In this document: in pieces, positions 9,183 through 19,654 of the stretch | Numbering within the stretch: the stretch's first letter is position 1 | How the letters are laid out: the number at the start of each line of letters is the position of its first letter | NCBI GenBank assembly: GCA_963729445.1 | Contig: CAVSNU010000003.1 | Span: forward strand, 1,100,816-1,164,815 | Source: an uncultured Chloroflexia bacterium | Lineage (GTDB): Bacteria; Chloroflexota; Chloroflexia; Thermomicrobiales; CFX8 | Direction: 5' to 3' | Length of the DNA stretch: 64,000 nt | The notes under the pieces: generated by a model | What the model saw: the letters and a program-made list of their open reading frames with translations, nothing else | Databases searched by the model: none | What the model was told of the DNA's origin: nothing | Position numbers and translations under genes: made by a program

Positions 9183-11129
9183 CTACTCGCTCGACGTCCA
9201 GTCCTTGAGCTGCGGCATCGGGTTCGACTGCCAGACGTAGTTTGTATGCCCCTGGATGCGGTTAGATTTTGCAGCCTTTCCGGCAACCGTCACGACCGTC
9301 ATCTCAACGACATCTTCCCAGACCTTCTCGGTGATCTGGTGGATCAGCTCGACCTGGCGGTCCGGGTCCAGCGTGCCCTGGAGCTCGTCGTGCCACTCGT
9401 CGATCTCGGGGTTCTGGTAGCGGGTGTAGTTCTCAAGCGACCAGCTGTTGGCCTTCGACGCGACCTGGTCGGATCGCCAGCGCTCGCAGTACGAGATCGG
9501 TAGCGGGCTGGCAGGGCCGGTCGTGAACATCTCCAGGTCGGCGTAGAAGTGGCTGGTGGTATCGGGGTTCCCAACGTCACCGGAGAAGTAGACGCTCGAC
9601 TCGACGACCTTCAGCTCGACGGTAAAGCCCAGCTTCTCCCACTCGGCCTTGAGAATCTCCTGGTTGCGCTGACGCACGGGGCTGTTGGAGGTCTGGAAGA
9701 GAATGTTGGCGCCGGTGAAGCCGGCCTCATCGAGGAGCGCCTGGGCGGATTCCGGGTTGTACTCGTAGGTGATGTTCGGGCTCTCATAGACACCCAGATT
9801 TGGGAGCAGTGCCGCGCTTGCCTCATCGCCCTCGCCGTAGAGCTGTTCCCTGACGATGTCCCGCGGGATCGTCAGGTCAAGCGCCTTGCGGATGCGCCGG
9901 TCGCTAAACACCGGATGCTGGGTGCTGGGCTCGGAGAACGCGCCGTCGACTTCGGTGTTGGGGTCGGCGTGATTGACAAGGATACGTTCGTACGAGACAC
10001 CAGGGGTGATGCTCAACTCGCCTTGCCCGGCTTCGACCAGCTGGTTGAGCACCTGCGGCTCGACGACCAGGTTCCAGGCCCAGTCCGCCTCGCCGGTCTG
10101 CAACACACCTCGGGCCGCGCCGGCAGCGTCGCCGCCACCCTTCATCTCGATCGCGTCAAAGTACGGCTTGCCCTCTTCCCAGTAGTCCATGAAGATCTCG
10201 TAGAGCACCACGTCGCCAGGGCGGAACTCAGCCACCTTGTACGGACCGGTGCCGATGGGCATCAGGTTGGCCGGGGCGTTGCGGCCTTCGGCTCCCATGT
10301 AGTCGGCGAATACATGCTCGGGCAGGATCAAGCCGTTGCTGCCGCGGAAGGGATCGAACCAGATCGGGTCCGGCGTAAGGAAATTGATCGTGACGGTGTA
10401 GTCATCAACCACCTCAACCGACTCGATGTTCTCATAGATACCCACCGTCGTGGCCGAGTTGCCCTCGGAGACGATCCAGTCGTAGGTGAACTTGACGTCG
10501 TCGGCGGTGAAGTCTTCACCGTCGTGCCACTTGACCCCTTGCCGAAGATTCCAGGTTACTGAGGTGCCGTCCTCGGCGAGCAGTCCGTTCTCAACGGTCG
10601 GGTACGGCTCGACAGCCAGATAGAAGATCGGATTCAAGTCGTCGTCGAACTCAAACAACGGCTCCATACAGGCGCGCGAGGCATGGAAGTCTTTGGTACC
10701 CTGGGCGATATGCGCGTTAATAATCGTCGGCGCCTGCCAGTAGAGCAACCGGGCCTGGCCGCCGCCGCCACGCTGGCCGCCGCCGGTACCCGTTTCAGCC
10801 GGAGTCTCCTCCGCGGCGGGTTCAGTGGCCTCAGCTTCAGCAGCCGGCTCGGTCGCCTCTTCTTCGGGCTCCTCAGTTGCGTCTCCCCCGGCAGCCGGTT
10901 CGGTTGCCTCGTCCTCGGGGGCTTCGGTCGCCTGGCCGGCGGATGGCGGGCTGGTCGCCTCACTCGCCGCCGGCTCCTCCTCGTCGTCGCCACAGGCGGC
11001 GAGCAAGCCGGCAATCACCGGTGCGCTGAGGCCCAGGGCCATGGCACGCTTCAACACCATTCGCCGGCTGAGCACTCCCTCAAACACCTCGTCGCGCAGC
11101 TGATCGAGTCCAGTTCGTTCCATAGACAC
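9183..11129 (-). CDS. family-5 ABC solute-binding Tat-lipoprotein
   Basis: 668-aa ORF paralogous to 7066-8997. The GTG-TCT-ATG start region follows GAAGGAG, so the start is 11129 or 11123. Confidence 0.9.
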   Translation of the reverse strand: MSMERTGLDQLRDEVFEGVLSRRMVLKRAMALGLSAPVIAGLLAACGDDEEEPAASEATSPPSAGQATEAPEDEATEPAAGGDATEEPEEEATEPAAEAEATEPAAEETPAETGTGGGQRGGGGQARLLYWQAPTIINAHIAQGTKDFHASRACMEPLFEFDDDLNPIFYLAVEPYPTVENGLLAEDGTSVTWNLRQGVKWHDGEDFTADDVKFTYDWIVSEGNSATTVGIYENIESVEVVDDYTVTINFLTPDPIWFDPFRGSNGLILPEHVFADYMGAEGRNAPANLMPIGTGPYKVAEFRPGDVVLYEIFMDYWEEGKPYFDAIEMKGGGDAAGAARGVLQTGEADWAWNLVVEPQVLNQLVEAGQGELSITPGVSYERILVNHADPNTEVDGAFSEPSTQHPVFSDRRIRKALDLTIPRDIVREQLYGEGDEASAALLPNLGVYESPNITYEYNPESAQALLDEAGFTGANILFQTSNSPVRQRNQEILKAEWEKLGFTVELKVVESSVYFSGDVGNPDTTSHFYADLEMFTTGPASPLPISYCERWRSDQVASKANSWSLENYTRYQNPEIDEWHDELQGTLDPDRQVELIHQITEKVWEDVVEMTVVTVAGKAAKSNRIQGHTNYVWQSNPMPQLKDWTSSE

Positions 11130-11295
11130 GAATACTCCTTCTCTCACCCCAGACGGGCTACACGGCATGTGGCGACTCCAGATCGCCACAGCTTGTCATG
11201 ACTCTGCGCCGGCGAAACGGCTCCTGGCCTGAACACCGGCCTCGATGGCCTGGACGCAAGCGAACCTGGTCCAGACCTCAGAACGACGATTGGAG

Positions 11296-13263
11296 CTAGC
11301 TGTTTCGTCGCCAGTTGACGACGTCATACAGCTCCGAGGTCCACCGTGAGGGACTTCCAACTTCAAGATCGGCACCATGCGCCGAGACACTTGCCCGGTG
11401 CACGAGCGGGATCATCGCGCCGTCATTCACGATCAGGTCGTTCATCGTGATGAATAGCTCCGCCTGCACCTCCGGGTCGAGTTCTGTCTGCGCGGCGGCA
11501 TAGGCCGCGTTGAATTCATCGTTCTGCCACCGCATGGAATTAGAGGCCGCCCAGTTATTGGATTGTTGGGCGAGATCCGTTTCCGGGTTGGCGGAGAGCC
11601 CCTCTTCGGCATACGCGATGGGATACGGAGTGCTCGGGTTGTTGGTGTACATCTCCCAGTCCGCGTAGAAATGGCTGAGGGTATCCGGGTTGCCGGCGTC
11701 CGAGGAGAAATAGACCGACGCCTCAATCGCCTTGATCTCAATCGGGATGCCGATCGACTCACACGCCTGCTTGATGATCTCCTGTGTCCGCTGGCGCACG
11801 GAGTTCACCGAGGTCTGGTAGAGAATCTGGATTGGCACGCCGTCCTTCTGGCGCTGCCCGTCCACAAGGGTCCAGCCGGCTTCGTCCAGGATCTCAGCCG
11901 CGCGGTCAACGTTGAACTCGTAGGTGGTGTTCGGGGAGACGAATGCGTCGGGAGCAACCAGCCAGTTCGACGTCGCCTCTCCCGTGGGGCCATACAGCTG
12001 GGTGGCGACTGAATCCCGGTCACAGAGCAGCTTGAAGGCTTCCCGAACAGCGGAATCAGTGTTGAATGGGTGCGGGTTGGCCGGCTCAGACCGCGCGCCA
12101 TTCACCTCGATGTCTGGATCCGCGAAGTTTAGGATAATGCGCTCGACCGCGGTACCGGGAATGATCAACAAGGTGCCGTCACCCTCGGACTCGAGCTGCT
12201 CGAGCACCTGGGCTTCGACCTGGAGATTCCAGGCATAGTCCACTTCACCCGTCTGGAGAGCGGAGCGCGCAGCGCTGGTCGCGTCGCCGCCACCCTTCAG
12301 CTCGATTGAGTCGAAGAAAGGCTTGCCGGGCTGCCAGTAGTTTTCATTGATCTCATAGGTCGCGACATCCCCCGGCCGGAACTCCACAATCTTGTACGGG
12401 CCGGTGCCGATCGGAGCGAGGTTAAACGGCGCCTCGCGGCCCGATTCGCCGATAAAGTCGCGCATGATGTGTTCGGGAAGAATACGGCCATTGCTGCCGA
12501 CGAACGCCTCGAACCAGGCCGGGTTCGGCTGATTGAACGTGATCAGCACGGTATAGTCGTCGGTGGCCTCAATTGACGCAATCGTCTCGTAGGAGCCAAG
12601 CGTGACGGCAGTCGTGGCCTCGTCGGAAACCCATTCGTAAGTAAAGACCACGTCGTCAGCGGTGAACGGCTCGCCATCGTGCCAGGTGACGTCCTGCCGC
12701 AGGGTCCAGGTGACACTGAGACCGTCCTCGGCAACCTGCCCATTCTCAAGCGAGGGCACCTCTTCAGCGAGGAAGGCAACCAGGCTGCCGTCGTCAGCGA
12801 CGTCGGCAAGCGGCTCGAGCACGAGCCGTGAAGCGTCAAAATCTTTCGTACCCTGGGCAAGGTGGGAGTTCAGGATCGTCGGCGCCTGCCACCAGAGCAG
12901 CCGTAACGGGCCGCCGCCACCGCGCTCGCCGGCCGGCTCGGCACCGGTGCCCTCGGTGGCCGTCGCGTCACCACTCGGCTCTTCGGTGGCACCGGTTTCT
13001 GGCTCTTCGGTTGCGTCATCAGGGGCTTCAGTTGCGTCGGCGGGAGCGTCGGTGGCCTCGGCAGGAGCTTCAGTTGCCTGGCCGGTACTCGGGGGAGTCG
13101 TCGATTCGGCGTCGGCCGGCTCGTCTTCCTCACCACACGCGGCGAGCAGACTCGCGATCACCGGGGCGCTTAGACCAAGCGCCATTGACCTCTTCAGAAT
13201 CGATCGGCGAGATAGCCGACCTGTCAGCGCCTCGTCCTTCAGGAGTTCCAGCTGTCGATCCAT
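11296..13263 (-). CDS. family-5 ABC solute-binding Tat-lipoprotein (most divergent paralog)
   Basis: 691-aa ORF with SRRSILK plus lipobox LLAACG. The ATG at 13263 (MDRQLELLKDE) is preceded by GGAGGAGGAG. Confidence 0.9.
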   Translation of the reverse strand: MDRQLELLKDEALTGRLSRRSILKRSMALGLSAPVIASLLAACGEEDEPADAESTTPPSTGQATEAPAEATDAPADATEAPDDATEEPETGATEEPSGDATATEGTGAEPAGERGGGGPLRLLWWQAPTILNSHLAQGTKDFDASRLVLEPLADVADDGSLVAFLAEEVPSLENGQVAEDGLSVTWTLRQDVTWHDGEPFTADDVVFTYEWVSDEATTAVTLGSYETIASIEATDDYTVLITFNQPNPAWFEAFVGSNGRILPEHIMRDFIGESGREAPFNLAPIGTGPYKIVEFRPGDVATYEINENYWQPGKPFFDSIELKGGGDATSAARSALQTGEVDYAWNLQVEAQVLEQLESEGDGTLLIIPGTAVERIILNFADPDIEVNGARSEPANPHPFNTDSAVREAFKLLCDRDSVATQLYGPTGEATSNWLVAPDAFVSPNTTYEFNVDRAAEILDEAGWTLVDGQRQKDGVPIQILYQTSVNSVRQRTQEIIKQACESIGIPIEIKAIEASVYFSSDAGNPDTLSHFYADWEMYTNNPSTPYPIAYAEEGLSANPETDLAQQSNNWAASNSMRWQNDEFNAAYAAAQTELDPEVQAELFITMNDLIVNDGAMIPLVHRASVSAHGADLEVGSPSRWTSELYDVVNWRRNS

Positions 13264-13531
13264 CAAACCCGTCTCTCCTCCTCCAGTCAAGACCGCGTCC
13301 GGGATGTGTGCGAACTCTGGCGCATACACTGTTTGAGCAGTAGTACGCTCTTCACCCCAGGTAGAGTCCACATCCGAACGAGCTGACGGATACGTCGTAA
13401 CACGGCATAAAGCTTCCGCGTTTGACGCGTAAGCCGCATAAACCCCGGGTACCGGGATTCAGCGCCGGTGGCGTACCGCCGGTCTCTCCCACGCAACTAA
13501 AAATGCAGGCACATGCCTCTTGAATGGGCGT

Positions 13532-13561
13532 ATTGTAGAGCCGAACCGGGAAGATTGTCAA
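13532..13561 (-). promoter_or_regulatory. candidate promoter for the SBP array
   Basis: The minus strand reads TTGACA (13556-13561), an 18-nt spacer, then TACAAT (13532-13537). This would give a 5' UTR of about 260 nt. Confidence 0.4.
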
Positions 13562-13867
13562 ACGGGGACATTATTCCCGCCGCCGGCCCCCGGCCGCCCA
13601 TCTGTAAGCTGTGCGTATATCCGGTGTACGTCTATTCTGGAAAAGTGGACGTATCGTGTAAGGCGAGGCTAGAGAATGTTCTTCGCCTTAGCCAAGAGCA
13701 TGGGATCCGGGCGGTCATATTGAGCACTCCACCACGGCAAGCATGCACCGTGGTCACGACTCGGATGACGGGAAAGGCCCGCTGTTCGTCCCATTGGGCG
13801 TGCGCCATGGACACCCATTCGCATCAACGTACGCGGCATCAGGACGGACAGCAGCCCCGCCGGTCAT

Positions 13868-13958
13868 CCTGAGTACTCGGACCACGATGATGAAGTCACC
13901 CCCGTACCAACCGACGGAACCCCGGAACGTGCCAACTCCCCTGTGGTCCAGTACTGAG
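13868..13958. repeat. short type C MITE-like repeat (terminal inverted repeats GAGTACTSGGACCAC...GTGGTCCAGTACTGAG)
   Basis: The same module occurs at 44960-45040 (short form) and, carrying an internal double hairpin, at 22712-22890 and 44701-44864. Confidence 0.65.
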
Positions 13959-15192
<1,234 letters not shown>

Positions 15193-15400
15193 CTGAGCGC
15201 GAGCGAAGGATCTCTTGCCAGACACCCGAGGCGTTGGACCAGAGATCCTTCCTTGCGTCAGGATGACGATCAAACGCAGGATGACGGTCAAGGCGCGGGA
15301 TGACTCATAGGCGCAGGATGATGGTGTCTTCCCCGACCAACAGACGCAACCCCCCAGCGTGAGAACTGCCCTGTGGTCCAGTACTGAGCGGAGCCGAAGG
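15193..15400. repeat. type B inverted repeat (CTGAGCGNRAGCGAAGGATCTCT...AGAGATCCTTCCTTGCGTCAGGATGAC) plus CAGGATGAC tandem units and a type C end
   Basis: It is near-identical to 44860-44960. It is followed by four units of about 19 nt containing CAGGATGA and by CCCTGTGGTCCAGTACTGAG (15369-15388). Confidence 0.75.
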
Positions 15401-15479
15401 GATGACGCCCGTTGCCGCACGCTCTGCCTGATGATTCCCTGAGCAGGTGCGCACGGGGCGTGCGATATCGACGTCCGGG

Positions 15480-17183
15480 TTACTGTCCCGCGCGCAACCC
15501 TGCCGTCTCGGCCAGGTCGACCTCGAGCGTCGCTGGATCGATAACAACGCCATAGTCACGGCGGGCAGCCGCAACTGAAACCAGGCCGTCGATGACATCC
15601 TGGCGCACCGCTTCCGTATTGCGGGTGAACGGGTCAAAGAAGCCACCGCCACCGGGCAGATCGAGCGTCACACTCGTGCCGGCCGGGAAGTCACGCACGC
15701 CCTTGCGCTCGAAGACTTCGCCGGTCGACTGGCCTCGATCCGTCCAAACGCGCCCGGTTGCCCGCCCTGCGTAGCCCTGCGCGGCGAACCGGGTGCGGTC
15801 GAACAGCGGCGAGAGCGTGAAAGGCCGCTCGCCGCGCACCGAGACCTCCATCGTCTGGCCAAGCCCGCCCCGGAACTCGCCCGGCGCCGCCTGAGTCCGG
15901 CGCGGAACTCGCGGCGGTGCATGATCGACCGGCGAGAGGCTCTCGATGACCTCGGCCGGCACGCCGGAGATGCCGCTCGGGAACGCGGTCGCGTGGATGC
16001 CGTCCTTGTTCGGGCGCGCGCCGGTGCCGCCGGACGAGAACCAGACGTACGTCCAGAGCTTGTTCGGCTCGGTCACGGCCGGAGAACTGGTTGATCCAGA
16101 TGTTGGCCGCGCCCTCGGCCATCACCCGGTCGGGGAGCGCCTCGGCCAGCGCGCCGAAGATCGCGCCCGGCAGGAAGTGGCCGATGATGTGCCGCGCGCC
16201 GACCGGGGCCGGCGGCTGCGCGTTGAGGATGCAGCGCTCAGGCGCGGTGACGTGCACCGGGCGGAACGAGCCCTCGTTGTTCGGCACCTCCGGCGCCAGC
16301 GCGCACTTCAGCGCGTAGGTCGTGTAGGCGTGCGTGTAGTTCAGCACGACGTTGATGCCGCGCTTGCTCTCCGGGCTGGACCCGGCCCAGTCGACCCACA
16401 GCTCGTCGCCGCGCTTCTCGATCGTCACCTGCAGGCGCACCGGCTCCTCGTAGCCGTCGGAGTAGACGGCGTTCTCGTAGACAGCCATCCGGCAGCCGCG
16501 GCGATCGCCGCGCGCATCGCCCGCTCCGAGCGGCGCGATGATCTCGTCGGCCAGCGGCTCGATCGTCTCCAGCCCGAACTCGCGCATGAACTCGAGCAGC
16601 CGCCGCCGCCGACGTCGTTGCCGGCCACCTGGGCGTGGATGTCGCCCAGCACCGGCTCCGGCGTGCGCACGTTGGCGGCGATCATCTTGACCAGCTCGCT
16701 GTTCTCCTTGCCGGCGTCGTAGAGCTTGGTGATCGGGACGAAGAGGCCCTCCTCGTAGACAGAGCGCGCGTCGGTCCCCAACCCACGTCCGCCGATGTCG
16801 AGCACGTGGCAGGTGTTGCCGAAGAAGCCGACCAGCCGCTCACCCTGAAAGATCGGCGTGATCACCGTGAAGTCGTGCAGGTGGCCGGAGGTCTTCTGCG
16901 GATCGTTGGTGATCAGCACATCGCCGGGCGTGAGCGTGTCCGCCGGGTAGACCGCCAGGAAATGGTGGATGCAGGTCGCCATGGCGTTGATGTGGCCCGG
17001 CGTGCCGGTCACCGCCTGGGCGATCATGTTGCCGCGCGTGTCGAACACCCCGGCCGAGAGGTCGCCCGACTCGCGCACGATCGTCGTGAACGACGTCCGC
17101 ATCAGCGCGGTCGCCTGCTCGTTGACGACCGCGATCAGCCGGTTCCACATCACTTCAAGCTGGATGGGGTCAATCGTTGTCAT
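15480..17183 (-). pseudogene. hyuB: hydantoinase B / 5-oxoprolinase subunit, multiply frameshifted
   Basis: Three overlapping ORFs (16425-17183, 15691-16587, 15480-16076) together give a collinear HyuB-like protein. Frame breaks occur in a GGC repeat near 16600, near 16078, and in a cluster at 15879-15928. In that cluster the motif PDSGGAG is in one frame and EFRGGLGQ in another. Confidence 0.85.
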
Positions 17184-17214
17184 GGTGTTCCCCTGACTGT
17201 TGCAGCATCATTTT

Positions 17215-17385
17215 CATAGCGGCGCAATGGCAGAGCCGCCTGTCTTCGTACGGGCGCAATTCATTGCGCCCTCTCCAACGCCGAGGCGGTCAGGCAGGGC
17301 GCAATGCATTGCGCCCGTACGAAATCTCATGCTCCTGACGCACAGCGAATGAACCAGAACACTTCCATCATTGCGCCGCGACCGC
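17215..17385. repeat. type A double-hairpin repeat, copy 2, with partial flanking copies
   Basis: The core is CGTACGGGCGCAATTCATTGCGCCCTCTCCAACG...CAGGCAGGGCGCAATGCATTGCGCCCGTACG at 17247-17321. It sits between hyuA and hyuB. Confidence 0.75.
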
Positions 17386-17401
17386 AGAAAGGCCATTCCA
17401 C

Positions 17402-19525
17402 TTAACCGATGTCGTCGATCTGCGGAATGTCGACGACGACATTCAAGAGCTCGTCGACCGTCACCCGGCCGCCTCGGCCAATGACCAGGGTGGATTCGCG
17501 CTCCTCGATGATGGCCGGCCCGCCGAACGCCGCCCCCGGTGCAAAGCGATAGCGGTCGAACACCGGCACCTCGACGAACTTGCCGTCCTCGGGCAGGTAG
17601 ATCGGGCGCTCGCCCTTGATCGCCTCCAACGCCATCGATGAGAGCCCCTCGGCACTGCTCAGCTGCTCCAGCGGCAGGTCGGGACGCGGCGCCGAGACGA
17701 CCACCCGCCAGGTCAATGCCTCGATCGGGTTGCCGGGCGCAGTCCGCTCGTACAACCTGCGATACACCTCTTCAAAGGCTCGCACTGTTTGCGCCAATGT
17801 GCCCTCGCCCAGCTCGCCCTCCGGCATCGGCACCGCAACCTCGTGGCCTTGGCCGGCGTAGCGCAGCTCGACCGATCGCGTGATCTTCATGTCTTGCGGC
17901 CGGACTCCCGCCTGACCGAGAATCTCAAGGCCCTCGGCCTCCATCTCGGCGTACAGGCCGTTAATGTCCTGCCAGTCGATCTCGTCGAGCTGGCCGAAAT
18001 AGGTTCGCACGAAGTCGAACGCCAACGGCGCGGCCAGGAAGCCAACGGTCGAGGTGACGCCCGCCCCCAGCGGGACGACCAGCTGCGGCGAGCGCAGAAT
18101 CTCGGCCACCCGGTACGCGTGCACCGGCCCGGCCCCGCCAAAGGCAAAGACGGGATAGGCGCGCGGGTCTTTGCCATTCTCAATAGCGTGAATCCGGGCG
18201 GCGCTGGCCATGTTCTCGTTGACCACCTGGTGAATACCCCAGGCGGCAGCGTGCAGGCCGAGACCGAGCGGCTCGGCCACCTCGCGCATGATCGCTTCCT
18301 TCGCGCCCTGGATATCGAGCGACATCCTGCCGCCCAGGAAGTAGCGCGGATCGAGGTACCCGAGCACGAGATCCGCGTCGGTCACCGTCGGCTGAGTGCC
18401 GCCGTTGCCGTAGCAGACCGGACCGGGATCAGCGCCGGCAGAATCGGGCCCGACTTTGAGCAAGCCCAATGAGTCAACCCTCGCGATCGATCCCCCGCCC
18501 GCGCCGATCTCGATCATCTCGATGACCGGGACTTTCACCGGCAATCCCGAGCCCTTCTTGAACCGGTACACCCGGCTGACCTCAAAATCGGAGGTCGTGG
18601 AGGGCTCACCGTCGTCGATGAGGCACGCCTTGGCCGTCGTGCCGCCCATGTCGAACGAGAGGATGTTCGGCCGGCCGGTTCTGCGCCCATACTCTGATGC
18701 GGCCAGCGCACCGGCGGCAGGGCCGGACTCAACCAGCCGGATCGGGTACTTGCTCGCCGTCTCAACCGTGCAGATGCCGCCCGACGAAAGCATGATGAAG
18801 AGACTGCCGTCGAAGCCGAGCTCGGCCAAGGAATCTTCCAGCCGCGCCAGATACTTCACGACCACGGGGCGCACGTAGACATTGGCAATGGTGGTCGACG
18901 TGCGCTCGTACTCCCGGATCTCCGGCACGACCGACGACGAGGATGAGACCGTCAAGTCGGGCGCGAACTCGTTGAGGATCGCCTCAACCTGCCGCTCGTG
19001 CTCCGGGTTGCGATAGCTGTGCAGCAACGCCACCGCTACCGCGTCAACGCCGCTCTCCGCCAGATGCAACGCCAGGTCTTTGACCTGCTCAGGGTCGACC
19101 GGCGTCAGCACCGAACCATCGGCCAGGATACGCTCATCGAGCTCCAGTCGCAGTCGTCGTGGAACCAGTGGTTTTGGGAGCTCCAGGAAGATGTCGTACA
19201 GATCATAGCGGTGCTCGCGGCCGATCTCGACGGCGTCGCGAAAGCCCCTGGTCGTAATCAGGGCGGTTGGCACGCCTTTCCGCTCGATAATCGCGTTGGT
19301 CACCAGTGTCGTGCCATGCACGATCCTGCGCACGGCCTGCGGCGTGATGCCTGCGTCCTGCAGCGTCTCGACCAGACCTTCGGCGACGGCCCGGCTGGGA
19401 TCATCCGGCGTCGTCAGCTTTTTTCCGATGTGAAAACGACCTGAAGTAGCGTCAAACACCATGATATCGGTGAACGTGCCGCCAATATCCACCCCAACCC
19501 GCACTCCGCCCGATTCGCCGGTCAT
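17402..19525 (-). CDS. hyuA: hydantoinase A / 5-oxoprolinase subunit (hydantoinase/oxoprolinase family)
   Basis: About 707 aa, intact. The N-terminus is VRVGVDIGGTFTD and the sequence is HyuA-like throughout. The ATG at 19525 follows AAGGAA. Confidence 0.9.
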   Translation of the reverse strand: MTGESGGVRVGVDIGGTFTDIMVFDATSGRFHIGKKLTTPDDPSRAVAEGLVETLQDAGITPQAVRRIVHGTTLVTNAIIERKGVPTALITTRGFRDAVEIGREHRYDLYDIFLELPKPLVPRRLRLELDERILADGSVLTPVDPEQVKDLALHLAESGVDAVAVALLHSYRNPEHERQVEAILNEFAPDLTVSSSSSVVPEIREYERTSTTIANVYVRPVVVKYLARLEDSLAELGFDGSLFIMLSSGGICTVETASKYPIRLVESGPAAGALAASEYGRRTGRPNILSFDMGGTTAKACLIDDGEPSTTSDFEVSRVYRFKKGSGLPVKVPVIEMIEIGAGGGSIARVDSLGLLKVGPDSAGADPGPVCYGNGGTQPTVTDADLVLGYLDPRYFLGGRMSLDIQGAKEAIMREVAEPLGLGLHAAAWGIHQVVNENMASAARIHAIENGKDPRAYPVFAFGGAGPVHAYRVAEILRSPQLVVPLGAGVTSTVGFLAAPLAFDFVRTYFGQLDEIDWQDINGLYAEMEAEGLEILGQAGVRPQDMKITRSVELRYAGQGHEVAVPMPEGELGEGTLAQTVRAFEEVYRRLYERTAPGNPIEALTWRVVVSAPRPDLPLEQLSSAEGLSSMALEAIKGERPIYLPEDGKFVEVPVFDRYRFAPGAAFGGPAIIEERESTLVIGRGGRVTVDELLNVVVDIPQIDDIG

Positions 19526-19654
19526 CACGTTTCCTTGACTAAATCGAAAAGTCGATCCATTTTGGGGACGAGCCCGTCCCCGACCGGATGCAGCCCGCCC
19601 TGCCGACCCTACTCCGGGCGAGTATAGGGAGCGCTCGATCCGTCCCGCAACTGC

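Noticed and set aside
9549-10562. 337-aa plus-strand ORF (and similar ORFs at 5226-5672, 7432-7878, 12662-13336)
   Set aside because: They are antisense to the SBP genes. Their repeated occurrence simply mirrors the paralogy of the real genes.
13440-13495. B12-box-like GAGACCGGC and GGCGCTGAATCC on the minus strand in the SBP 5' UTR (cobalamin riboswitch?)
   Set aside because: The motifs are in the wrong order relative to the cobalamin riboswitch consensus. The CCCGCAACUGU-type core is absent.
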